Assembly: GCA_963422205.2 (NCBI GenBank)
Contig: CAXMWX010000005.1
Coordinates: 128,001-192,000 of the forward strand
DNA from: Gammaproteobacteria bacterium
GTDB lineage: Bacteria; Pseudomonadota; Gammaproteobacteria; Eutrophobiales; Eutrophobiaceae
Direction of reading: 5' to 3'
Length of the DNA: 64,000 nt
Both the position numbers and the translations under genes were made by a program. A model generated the notes under the pieces. It worked only from the letters and a program-made list of their open reading frames with translations. It ran no database searches and had not been told where the DNA came from. Positions 1 to 8,957 of the stretch are shown piece by piece; within the stretch, counting starts at the first letter, position 1, and the number at the start of each line of letters is the position of its first letter.

Positions 1-207
1 GAATTTGAACCCATCAGAGAAAAGTACCACTTAAACCCCCTGCCTCATCACCGCAAGTCACAAGCCCACAGGGATGAATGGAAAGACCATTACACCAGAG
101 AGACAGCGGCCATTGTCTATCGGAAATACAAACAGGATTTTGATGCCTGGTATCCAGAGGCTTATGCTGAACTGCTCGCTTATCTGGATGCAAAGTCGCC
201 GGGTTAG
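1..207 (+). CDS. C-terminal part of a sulfotransferase family 2-like protein (5' end outside window)
   Basis: Not in the ORF track. Frame +1 is open from base 1 to TAG at 205-207: EFEPIREKYHLNPLPHHRKS...HYTRETAAIVYRKYKQDFDAWY. This resembles the LPH.NKS...YYT.E...V...Y..DF end of Sulfotransfer_2 proteins. Confidence 0.55.
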   Translation, partial: EFEPIREKYHLNPLPHHRKSQAHRDEWKDHYTRETAAIVYRKYKQDFDAWYPEAYAELLAYLDAKSPG

Positions 208-391
208 CGAGCAGCAGCCAGCCCCGGTCGGTCTTATGTCTGGCTAGACATGATGTAACCATGCAAGATCGACCGTTGTCCTGTTATGCAGGCCCTGCAC
301 GGCTGGCGGCGGTCGGGCTGTCTTGATCGGCTATCTTGATCGAGCTGTCGCTGCCGGGGATTAAAAAAAATCCCACACAGACATCTTTTTA

Positions 392-408
392 GCGACCTAC
401 TTTGTCGC
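392..408. promoter_or_regulatory. Palindromic operator GCGAC-N7-GTCGC, candidate WYL-regulator site
   Basis: gcgac ctacttt gtcgc lies about 50 bp upstream of the PcfJ-like/WYL operon. It has the same CGAC-N7-GTCG core as the Caulobacter DriD site. Confidence 0.6.
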
Positions 409-456
409 ATCGCTGGCATATCCTTAACGTTCAGCTGAACGAAAGGGGCTAATACG

Positions 457-1548
457 ATGCCAAAACACACATCAAACCAGTGGATCGCAACCAAGCTGAT
501 GGGGCGCGAGCACTGGTGCACAGACTGGCTGGCCGAGTTGCTGCTGGCCGATGCCGACCTGCTGGAGCATATCCTGAAGCAGGGCAGTGAATATCGGCAC
601 TACCTATGCCTGATCAATATGGGCCGTGATCGGCTGATTTATAGCGGCTATGACGAATTGGCCCGCATGATCCGCCGCAAACCCAGGAAAAAGATGTTGA
701 AGGCCGTGCTTGACCCCTGTCCCGATGGTCTGTCAAGGGTATTGAAAAACCTGCACAAGCGCCCCCTGCTACAGCGGGGCTATATCAGATTGATCAAACT
801 CATGAGCGACAAACGGGCCAGGAAATTTTTATCACACAGCAACAGCGTCTCTCCTGTGCAGTTGCGATTGCTGGAGAGGCTGCCCCCGGCGCTTCGGGAT
901 TGCCCTTTTATTATGGATATCAAAAGTAAAGCAGACATGAATCTCTCTCTGGAGACGATCGAAGATGTCCACCATTTCGCCCCTGCCGTGAGCTACGCCG
1001 ACATGGCCCTGTCATTGCGCCATGTTTCTGACCCAACCCGAAGCCGGATATACCGCCGCGGTCAACCGTTCGATTTATGGTATGAAAATCAGCTGTTAAA
1101 GAAGGATTTTCCCGCCCCGCCCTGGCTTGGTAATAACTGGATCAAGCCCATCACCAGCGGCCCAGAGCTACGCCAGATCGGTCGCACCATGCGTAACTGC
1201 GTGGCGAAGGGTCATTATATAAAGGATGTTCTCAACGGTGAGGCATATTTTTACGTTACAGACCAAGAGCCAAAAATTCTGATATTGTTTCAAAAACATA
1301 AAGATGACACATGGCGCCTAGTTCAAGCAGCGGGCAACGAAAATAAGCAACTGGATAGAGAAAGTGCAACATACATTTTACGCAAACTGCAAGGAGAGGG
1401 CTTTAACATGCTGGATGACCAACTCCCATATCAATATAAAGAGGATGAAGAGGATGATATGCTGACTCTGGATTTGCTGGATGGTTATAGTTTCGAAGAT
1501 GAAAAAGACAAATCGACTTCATCGGCTTTGCAGACGAGTAAACCTTAA
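457..1548 (+). CDS. PcfJ-like domain protein
   Basis: 363 aa ORF. The C-terminal segment IKPITSGPELRQIGRTMRNCVAKGHYIKDVLNGEAYFY resembles the PcfJ L..EG..M.HCV..Y motif. Acidic tail. Confidence 0.6.
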   Translation: MPKHTSNQWIATKLMGREHWCTDWLAELLLADADLLEHILKQGSEYRHYLCLINMGRDRLIYSGYDELARMIRRKPRKKMLKAVLDPCPDGLSRVLKNLHKRPLLQRGYIRLIKLMSDKRARKFLSHSNSVSPVQLRLLERLPPALRDCPFIMDIKSKADMNLSLETIEDVHHFAPAVSYADMALSLRHVSDPTRSRIYRRGQPFDLWYENQLLKKDFPAPPWLGNNWIKPITSGPELRQIGRTMRNCVAKGHYIKDVLNGEAYFYVTDQEPKILILFQKHKDDTWRLVQAAGNENKQLDRESATYILRKLQGEGFNMLDDQLPYQYKEDEEDDMLTLDLLDGYSFEDEKDKSTSSALQTSKP

Positions 1549-2154
1549 CTGATGCGCCAGCCAACAGACACCACGCTGCGGTATCTCAAACTGCTGAGCA
1601 AACTGCCGGTATACCCGCAGCGCCTCAGCACCAGCGCATTGCAGCAACGGCTGGAGCAGGACAACCAGGAATACCGCATCACCCCCAGGACGATGCAGCG
1701 CGATTTGGAAAAACTCTCCGGCATCTTTCCCATCGGCTGTTTGCAGCGGGGCCGAAGAAAATACTGGTTCTGGATGGACAAAGATGCCTTGACGCAGCTC
1801 CCCGCCATGAGCGAGTCGACCGCGCTGACCCTGCGCCTGGCCGAGACTTACCTCAGCACACTCATGCCGCCGACCAGCCTGGCGCTGCTCAAGCCCTATT
1901 TCAAACACGCCAGAGGAGTATTGCAGGGCACACAGCTACATGCCTGGACACGTAAAGTCCGCATCCTGCCGGACAGCCAATCACTGCTACCGGCGACCAT
2001 CGGCAAGAGCGTACAGGCAACCGTCTATGACGCCTTGCTGCATAACAAAAAACTGACCGTGATGTACCAACGCCGCGGCGAGCAAGCCGCCAGCGAGCGC
2101 CTGCTAAACCCACTGGGGCTGGTCGTTCGAAGACACAGCATTTATCTGATCGCC

Positions 2155-2192
2155 ACCGCCTGGGGGTATGCCGACCGCCTGGGGGTATGCCG
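2155..2192 (+). repeat. 19-bp perfect tandem duplication (accgcctgggggtatgccg x2)
   Basis: Seen directly at 2155-2173 and 2174-2192. Confidence 0.95.
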
Positions 2193-2324
2193 ACCCCCTG
2201 CATTATGCCCTGCATCGCATCAGCCGCGCGAGGGTGATGGATGATGCGCCGGCAAGAAAACCGCCCGGGTTCAGTCTGAATAAACACATCGGCGCCGATG
2301 TGGCTGCTGGCACTGGGCGCGGCG

Positions 2325-2405
2325 GTTGAGGTTGTCGGGCCGAAGTCCCTGCGGGCGGAGATGAAAGACCGAATTATTGATATGCAAAGACTGTATATGG
2401 ATTAA
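2325..2405 (+). repeat. WYL 3'-end repeat, copy 1 (81 bp)
   Basis: gttgaggttgtcgggccgaagtccctgcgggcggagatgaa...gattaa; encodes VEVVGPKSLRAEMKDRIIDMQRLYMD*. Confidence 0.9.
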
Positions 2406-2526
2406 ATATGAATAACGTTAGCATTTTTAGAACGGGGGTTCTTAGTCAATTTTGCAGAACTTATTAAATGATCAAAACTTGTATACCGATTAACCCATTC
2501 ACAATGAACAGGGGAGACTAAATCAA

Positions 2527-3224
2527 ATGAAACGCTATTGCACAACGGACAGGCTTTGGATTCGCAGTTTGAACCAACTGCGTGAGGAGTTGGCCGACAG
2601 AGCAGAGCATCACTACGTCTACCTCCTCTGTCGTCCTCCGTTTTCTCCTCATGTTTATCCATTCTATGTTGGCATCAGCCAATCAGACCGCTTGTTTGCA
2701 CATGAGGAAGAAGCACGCTCGACAAACTCCAAAAGCCACAAAATTGAAGAGATCCATCGGATATGGGATGCTGGAGATGCGGTCGTCCGTATTATTGATA
2801 GCTTCCATTCCAAACCACCCTGGCATCGGGAACAGGAATTAATAGAGAAATTTGGCTTGCTAAAAGATGGCACAGGGCAGTTAACCAACGAACAAAAATA
2901 TTCGCCTTCTCACCGAGAAGGTAAAGTCGAACTGCGGAAATATGCGAAATACGGAAATGAATTACCACCGAACTTTATTCATCAACACAAAAAGCTAAAA
3001 GTTGGAGAAAACGAACCGAAATCAAAAAACTCTGTCCATGGAAAATATATTCTGTACTGCTGGATAACCCAGGGGTTACCGGCGCAGAATTGGTCGAGCT
3101 CTTGCTCCGTATAGACTTCTCGAAAAACAAATCTGCATATACTGCGTCTGGTGAGGTTAGTAGACCCTGGCTGGCAGGATATATCAACGGCGGGTTCAGG
3201 AGAGGCTATATTCAAGAATACTAA
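2527..3224 (+). pseudogene. GIY-YIG (LEM-3-like) nuclease domain protein, frameshifted near 3045
   Basis: HYVYLLCRP..PFYVGISQSDRLFAHEEEA...EQELIEKFG...LTN motifs. Adding one A to ggaaaatatat extends the protein as IYSVLLDNPGVTGAELVELLLRIDFS...GYIQEY* to TAA at 3222-3224. Confidence 0.7.
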
Positions 3225-3243
3225 ATACCATCAAAGAAGTGCC

Positions 3244-3306
3244 ACCTGACAAACGCCTCAAGCACAACATACAAAAAACGCATGCGTCTTAGCGTAGGTG
3301 TCGCAC
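3244..3306 (+). mobile_element. Degenerate attC-like integron cassette site
   Basis: acctgac aaacgcctcaag ... cttagcgtaggt gtcgcac, 20 bp after the GIY-YIG stop. The left arm matches the VCR-type TAACAAACGCCTCAAG with one mismatch, and CTTAG is present in the right arm. Confidence 0.5.
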
Positions 3307-3515
3307 GACAATTAATGAGGGGATTATATGCCGTAAATTAGCCGATTTTCAAGGCTTGTAATTGCAATGTATGTCTGCCCGCCGAAGGCAGCTGAGATAA
3401 ACCGGACTCGGCACATGTTAAAGCAGCGCAGCATAAATGCTGATGCAATAGAGATAAGGCAACTTTTCATACTCAAAGCATTATGAAGCGCATTACGCTG
3501 AAAAAGCATGCGGGA

Positions 3516-3596
3516 GTTGAGGTTGTCGGGCCGAAATCCCTACGGGCAGAGATGAAGGCAAAAGTGAGCAGTATGAATGATTTATATAAGGATTAA
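3516..3596 (+). repeat. WYL 3'-end repeat, copy 2 (orphan 81 bp tail)
   Basis: 38 of the first 41 nt are identical to copy 1 and the differences are synonymous. Encodes VEVVGPKSLRAEMKAKVSSMNDLYKD*. Confidence 0.9.
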
Positions 3597-3616
3597 ATGC
3601 AACCGGAGATTCGAAA

Positions 3617-4294
3617 ATGAATATCACTGAGCTAAAAGGCTATTATGAAGGCTACCTGTATCACGCCTGCCAGGCGGCGAGGCATGTGATTAGCGCCGAG
3701 ATCATGGCGAGCTATTACCTGGATATTGCCGAGAAGATCGGGATGCTGAAAGCCAGGCTGGCAATATGCAATCCGAATCTGAATATCTGGCAAGCGGCTG
3801 GCTTAGGCCGGGATGAACTTAAGCATTGCTCGCTGCTGGCATGGCTGCTTGACCCGCACGGGGATCACTATCAGGGCGCTGCGTTCCTTGAACTATTCAT
3901 ACGGCAATGCATAAACAGCCAACTCGCACCCAAACCCGCCATTGATACTGGCGACCTGTCATGCACCAGGGTGCAGACGGAACATCCCATCGGCGATGGC
4001 CGGGTTGATGTTTTGATCCGAGGCAAGGGCGGCACATTCACCCTCGCCATTGAAGCAAAGATTGATGCGGGCGAGCAGGAAGAACAATTAAGTCGCTATC
4101 GGAAGTCCCTGCCAAAAGGTAGCGTTCTGGCATTTCTGACTGTTGATGACCGTGAGCCACATTCCGGGCAAGCCGACCTGTGCATCGCCTGGTCTGACAT
4201 CGCCACGGTCTGTAGACAGTTTATCCCCATTTGCCAAAACAACTTCCTTAACGAGTTAATCCGCCAATACGGCAACATGCTGCAATCACTATAA
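3617..4294 (+). CDS. PD-(D/E)XK nuclease family protein (PDDEXK_4-like)
   Basis: DELKHCSLLAWLLDPHGDH, GRVDVLI and AIEAKIDAGEQEEQLSRY motifs; GGAG RBS upstream. Confidence 0.85.
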   Translation: MNITELKGYYEGYLYHACQAARHVISAEIMASYYLDIAEKIGMLKARLAICNPNLNIWQAAGLGRDELKHCSLLAWLLDPHGDHYQGAAFLELFIRQCINSQLAPKPAIDTGDLSCTRVQTEHPIGDGRVDVLIRGKGGTFTLAIEAKIDAGEQEEQLSRYRKSLPKGSVLAFLTVDDREPHSGQADLCIAWSDIATVCRQFIPICQNNFLNELIRQYGNMLQSL

Positions 4295-4313
4295 TGTAAG
4301 AGGAGACAGAACG

Positions 4314-4925
4314 ATGAACGAAGCAATCGAATACGCATTGGACAATGCGGAAAAAACCAGAGACATCCATGATGTGATCTTCGATATGAAAAAGGTGATA
4401 CTGGAGGGGCTTGATCGGGCGATCCGGGAAGCCGTACCCGGCTGGTATGATGATAAGTGGAAAGTCCATGATAAATATAATTTGCATGAACATCATTGGA
4501 TCGATATGCGCCCTAAAGAACTTATTGATAAAGCATTATGGATAGGTCTTGACATGGGATATGAAGACAAGAAAAATAAGGATCCAGTCTGGCAGTTGCT
4601 GGGCATGTCAAGTCGGCATGCTAAGGATGAACCTATCAAAGTTGAATGCCGTATCGGTGAAGAAGTTCTTAATGATGAATAGAATAATACAATATTTTGT
4701 GATCACATAAATAAAGCAGAACTGGAGAAAGCAGGATTCAGCATAAAAAGAAATCGCTACTACTTGATAATATCTATCAGTTTCGAACCGAACGCCATAC
4801 TGCAAGGACTGAAAGACAACGACTGGGAAGATGCATTGAAGCCGCTGAAAGCCGCCTGGGATCCACTGGTGGAACACATTGACTGGGATGCTGTAGCAGC
4901 CATGCTCAAGATTGAGGGCTGCTAA
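4314..4925 (+). pseudogene. Hypothetical protein with internal in-frame TAG (4680-4682)
   Basis: GAGGAG RBS and a 122 aa ORF. The same frame stays open for 80 more codons after TAG, up to TAA at 4923-4925. Confidence 0.6.
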
Positions 4926-4949
4926 AACGACAATGGCAAAGCGACAGTT

Positions 4950-5384
4950 CTACGGCGCTTCTGCTAAGCCCGCCCTCTGCTCGATAGCATCCAGCAAGCG
5001 GGCGCGCACCGGCTTGACATCCACCACCGGGGACTGCCGTAAGGTACTGACCTCGGCGGCGGTGTAAGGCGTAAAATCCGCCGGTAATTCGGCTTCGCTG
5101 AAATTCACCAACAACCAGTTCATCACATCGGCCAGTTCCTGATCTGTGACCGGCGCACCGGCCACCCCGGGAACCTGGACAATGAACTCCCGGCCACCTG
5201 GCACATGCAGAAAATTACCCACGAAGCCGTTCAGCTTCGGCACGGCACCTTGCGCGCCAGCACCATCGGCCAGGTGACAGCCCTGGCAGTTGAGCATGTA
5301 ATTCTGGCGTGCCAGCCGGGTGTTATACTCTGCTGCCATCGCCATGCTGCTGAGCAGGAGCAGAAAAAAAAACAGTCGGCGCAT
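4950..5384 (-). CDS. Periplasmic monoheme cytochrome c
   Basis: Signal peptide MRRLFFFLLLLSSMAMAA and a single CQGCH heme motif; start reassigned to 5384, just after the light-chain stop. Confidence 0.9.
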   Translation of the reverse strand: MRRLFFFLLLLSSMAMAAEYNTRLARQNYMLNCQGCHLADGAGAQGAVPKLNGFVGNFLHVPGGREFIVQVPGVAGAPVTDQELADVMNWLLVNFSEAELPADFTPYTAAEVSTLRQSPVVDVKPVRARLLDAIEQRAGLAEAP

Positions 5385-5391
5385 AGGCTGA

Positions 5392-5916
5392 TTACTTAAC
5401 CGCCACACCCAGGATGATATTGACCGTGCAGTGATAGGCCGCGCTCTTGGTGCCCAGACACCAGTTGTAATCATTTGAGGTATGCGGGCGATAGGTCGGG
5501 CGGTCGGCCTCGTTACGATTACAAAAACAATTACCGCAGGATTCCTTGGCGCAGCAATCGTTATAAGAGATGATGTAATCCTTGCCATCACCGGGGTTGG
5601 TGCAGGTGCCTATCCAGGTAATCGGCGACATCTCCGTGCCAGGCGGACAGCTTGTCACCGAGCCACCACAGCAGGAGCAGAGAAAACCATCAACGGCGCA
5701 GTTGCGCCAATACTCACAGGTGGCTGGATCACCCGGATCCTCACCCTCGGCGGGCAGGGTCAGCGGCGGGCTATCGGCGGCACGGGCTACGGGCAGCAGC
5801 GGCAGCAGCGAGCCGCCCACGATCAGCCGGCCCAGGTTGCCGAGAAACCCCCGGCGGGATGAGGTTTTCGCCACATCACGGGAGATGCGCTCAGTGAATG
5901 TATCCAACCATTTCAT
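5392..5916 (-). CDS. mauA: TTQ amine dehydrogenase light chain, copy 1 (aromatic amine dehydrogenase-like)
   Basis: Tat motif SRRGFL; Cys-rich; both TTQ Trp motifs present (TWIGTC, DYNWCLG). Confidence 0.93.
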   Translation of the reverse strand: MKWLDTFTERISRDVAKTSSRRGFLGNLGRLIVGGSLLPLLPVARAADSPPLTLPAEGEDPGDPATCEYWRNCAVDGFLCSCCGGSVTSCPPGTEMSPITWIGTCTNPGDGKDYIISYNDCCAKESCGNCFCNRNEADRPTYRPHTSNDYNWCLGTKSAAYHCTVNIILGVAVK

Positions 5917-5937
5917 TATGCTTCTTTTCCTGATAGC

Positions 5938-7089
5938 TTACGGTGAGGCGTACACCAGCAAGGGGCCGGCACGATAAAAGTCATCAAGCGTACGTATTTG
6001 GCTGCCGGTAATCGCATCATAAATCTCCAGCCCCATTTCAATGTTGGTGGCAATGATCTTGGGCTTATCGCCCCGGGTAATATCAAAAGCGATGGCGGGT
6101 GATTGCAGCACGATCCGGCTGATGCGTTTTTTATCTTGCACCTCATAGACCCAGATTTCACTGCCAGGTTCTTTATGGCTGCCTTCATACCCATCCTTGT
6201 GCATCAACACATAGATAGCCTCATTTGCAGTGGCCGCCGGCCAGGCACCGCCGGGACGCCAGTTGGCCTGTTGATCACCGCCCGTGACCAGCGGCCATTT
6301 ATCACCCGGCACAGCCACGGCAGCGGATAAATCAAGCTCCTGTATATTGCCGGTAAACGTGGGAAAATAGGCTATGTTGTTCATGATGGCCGGCTTTTCA
6401 AACAAGGCATCGGCATCAACGTTGAAAAATTTTGCTACCCGTTCAGAGCCTGTTACCTGGCCCTGGCTGTCCAGCTGGTAGGACACCATAGAGCCATCAC
6501 TGCACAGCGAACTAAAGCCGCGCCGGCCGGTGGGGTAAATACCGGCACAGGTGGGCAGCGGTATCGTGTTGACGATTTTTCTTTTGTCTGTATCCATCAC
6601 GCCAATCGCCGTGGCCGGGGAGAATTTGTAAAACAGCAGGAAACGATCATCAGCGATTAGGCGCATGGTGTATTTACTGGGCAGCATCTCCGCCCGTTTG
6701 CCATCTGTTATTATCACCTCATCGATCGGGCTCAACGTGCGTTTATCATAAATCGTGATGACATCGGTGCGCTCGCCACGATGACCGCGGGAATAGAAAT
6801 TCTCGCCCACATAGAACTCCGGCTTGCTGTGTGCGCTGGCAAAAAAACTGATATAAGAGGAGTTCACCATGCCTTTGTAGAAATCCTTCGCCGTCTCGCC
6901 TGCGATGTCCATGAGGATATACTTGCCGGAACTCATGTGCATAAAAGACACATCATGCACAAACACCCAGCTATCAGGATACTCGGCGGGCAGGGTTTCA
7001 ACTGCTCCCAGTTTATCCTGGGGCAACTCTGCCAGCACAGCAACGCCGGGTATTCCCAAAACAAACACGAGTAATATTTTTTTCAACAT
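5938..7089 (-). CDS. mauB: TTQ amine dehydrogenase heavy chain, copy 1
   Basis: Signal peptide; YSRGHRGERTDVITIYD, WRPGG and SHKEPGSEIWVY beta-propeller motifs. Confidence 0.92.
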   Translation of the reverse strand: MLKKILLVFVLGIPGVAVLAELPQDKLGAVETLPAEYPDSWVFVHDVSFMHMSSGKYILMDIAGETAKDFYKGMVNSSYISFFASAHSKPEFYVGENFYSRGHRGERTDVITIYDKRTLSPIDEVIITDGKRAEMLPSKYTMRLIADDRFLLFYKFSPATAIGVMDTDKRKIVNTIPLPTCAGIYPTGRRGFSSLCSDGSMVSYQLDSQGQVTGSERVAKFFNVDADALFEKPAIMNNIAYFPTFTGNIQELDLSAAVAVPGDKWPLVTGGDQQANWRPGGAWPAATANEAIYVLMHKDGYEGSHKEPGSEIWVYEVQDKKRISRIVLQSPAIAFDITRGDKPKIIATNIEMGLEIYDAITGSQIRTLDDFYRAGPLLVYASP

Positions 7090-7241
7090 GGCCTATCCTG
7101 TCTCTGATTCACCTGATAAAAATACCTGCTGCCTTAAAGCCCTAAGAATGTTCAACACCTGCCTGGCATTTTATACCGAAACCAGATCAAAAGTCCCATA
7201 GAATTATGTGCTTTAGCATTTAAGTCACCTGGCATGACAGA

Positions 7242-8957
7242 CTAGCGCGCTATCCGCCCATGAACAAGCTCGCCTTCAAAAAAAGTCAAGTCAACTTTTG
7301 TATCGGCTATCTCATCAACCGCTATGCGGAACAGGTTTTTTTGCAACACAATCATATTTGCCTCTTTGCCAACCTCAATCGAACCAAGCCGCCCGTCAAG
7401 GCGCATTGCACGCGCCCCGTTTAAAGTAAATATTTTCAGCGCCTGTTCCAGGGTCACCGCCTGTTCATGCCAAAGACTGCCCGGCACTTTTTCGTAAGGA
7501 TCATGACGGGTCACCATCGCCTCAATACCCACCCAGGGATTGGCACTGGGCACAGCAGCAGGCCAGTCTGAACCGGCGATGATGATCGCCCGCTCACGCA
7601 ACAAGTCTTTTGTCGGCCAGTAATGCGCGCCCCGCTCGCCGACTGCGATCATAATCGCGTTGATGATCGATGAGGGATGCCACAGATAGGGAGAGAAATC
7701 AGGTGCTGCATTCAATGCGGCAAACCTCGGCAGATCGGCAGGGCTGATATAACCGGCGTGCGCCAGTTCAAACATCAGCCCGCTGTTACCATTGCTGCGA
7801 CGCACCCGCTCAATGGCATTTAATGTGGTATGCACCGAGCCATCGCCAGCGGTATGTATCTTGACGGTAAACCCGGCCTTGTCCAGGGTCTGCAAGTCTG
7901 TTGTCAGCATATCCTCTGTCAAGTGCATACTGCCAGTGTAATCAGCACCATGTTTATCGTCAGGCAGGTAAGGGGTTAGCATCTTTGCCGTGCGGGAAGG
8001 CGTAGGTACGCCATCCATGAAGATTTTGATAAACGCCGTATGCACATGAGGTGATTGATACTGCGCCCGTTTCTGTGTGTAAGCATCGACATCCAGCGGG
8101 ACAGCCCTTGCTCCATAAGGTGTCTCCAGGCTGGTTGCGATATTTAATTTTAGTTTTCCATCACGTTCAAGTTCATGATAAGCCTGCAAGGCGATATCCG
8201 GTGTTCTTGCTTCTTTTATGCCAGTGATGCCATAGGCCAGTAACATGTCCTGCACATATAAAATCGCCTTCGTTGCTTTTGCTTTTGTCGGCACCGGTAA
8301 ACGTCGATCAATATTAATGGCCGCTGTTTCCAGTAAAATACCGTTTGGCACCTGCGTTCCTTCCTCACGTACAATAGTGCCGCCTTCAGGATCGACCGAT
8401 TCGGCATTGATGGAGAAATGCTCGAGTGCTTTGGTATTTAACCAGGCATTGTGACTGGCATCATCTTTAAGGTAGATATATTTATTCGCCGAGACTTCAT
8501 CCAGGAATTGGCGCGGCGACTCTATAGGATTATCTTCAAAGAAACTGCTACCCCACTGACCGCCAATGATCCAGTCACCCTGATCTGGATCAGCCACACA
8601 TGCCGCTATTTTTTCCTTGATTTCAGCAGGCCCTGCGGTAAATGAAAAATTACATTCATACAGGTCTTTCACTCCCCCCATAAAGGGATGTATGTGAGCA
8701 TCATTTATCCCTGGCATAAGCATGCGACCATCAAGATCGATCAGCCTCGTATCAGCACCAGCCATCTTTAAGATGGCCTTATCATCGCCCACTGCGGATA
8801 TTTTATTTTTCGTAACAGCGACTGCCTCGGCCCATTTTTGACTGTCATTGACAGTATATATGGCACCGTTATGCAGGATAATATCCGGTGCTTCAACAGC
8901 CCTGGCAGTTGCTGTGAAAATCAACAAAGCAATGATTAAGTTATATCTGGATAGCAT
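7242..8957 (-). CDS. Secreted metal-dependent amidohydrolase (Amidohydro_3, YtcJ/NfdA-like)
   Basis: Signal peptide; DAHIH, IKIFMDG, KIHTAGD and GSDWP motifs. Confidence 0.9.
   Translation of the reverse strand: MLSRYNLIIALLIFTATARAVEAPDIILHNGAIYTVNDSQKWAEAVAVTKNKISAVGDDKAILKMAGADTRLIDLDGRMLMPGINDAHIHPFMGGVKDLYECNFSFTAGPAEIKEKIAACVADPDQGDWIIGGQWGSSFFEDNPIESPRQFLDEVSANKYIYLKDDASHNAWLNTKALEHFSINAESVDPEGGTIVREEGTQVPNGILLETAAINIDRRLPVPTKAKATKAILYVQDMLLAYGITGIKEARTPDIALQAYHELERDGKLKLNIATSLETPYGARAVPLDVDAYTQKRAQYQSPHVHTAFIKIFMDGVPTPSRTAKMLTPYLPDDKHGADYTGSMHLTEDMLTTDLQTLDKAGFTVKIHTAGDGSVHTTLNAIERVRRSNGNSGLMFELAHAGYISPADLPRFAALNAAPDFSPYLWHPSSIINAIMIAVGERGAHYWPTKDLLRERAIIIAGSDWPAAVPSANPWVGIEAMVTRHDPYEKVPGSLWHEQAVTLEQALKIFTLNGARAMRLDGRLGSIEVGKEANMIVLQKNLFRIAVDEIADTKVDLTFFEGELVHGRIAR

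Larger units (their letters stand above)
1552..2405 (+). pseudogene. HTH-WYL-WCX transcriptional regulator, disrupted
   Basis: N-terminal wHTH (RTMQRDLEKL) and WYL domain (LNPLGLVVR..IYLIATAWGY). A 19-bp duplication shifts the frame; the corrected frame reads YADPLHYALHRI..KPPGFSLNKHI. The WCX tail WLLALGAAVEVVGPKSLRAEMK..LYMD* lies in another frame at 2298-2405. Confidence 0.85.

Noticed and set aside
317-342. 13-bp near-tandem repeat gct(g/a)tcttgatcg
   Set aside because: Only two copies and no spacers; not a CRISPR or iteron array.
14-521. Minus-strand ORFs of 82 and 95 aa
   Set aside because: They are shadows of the + strand sulfotransferase-like end and the PcfJ promoter region, with no recognisable motifs.
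2325-3596. WYL-tail repeats read as IS target-site duplication or prophage att sites
   Set aside because: They are too long and diverged, the changes follow codon structure, and no transposase or integrase lies between them.
4680-4682. Pyrrolysine or recoded TAG
   Set aside because: No pyl genes are visible, and TAG is a normal stop elsewhere (rpmJ, rplR, cytochrome c).
5392-7089. Methylotrophy (true methylamine dehydrogenase)
   Set aside because: The light chains are closer to the aromatic-amine type, there are no mauG, mauC or C1 genes in the window, and the context is aromatic catabolism. The mau symbols denote the family only.
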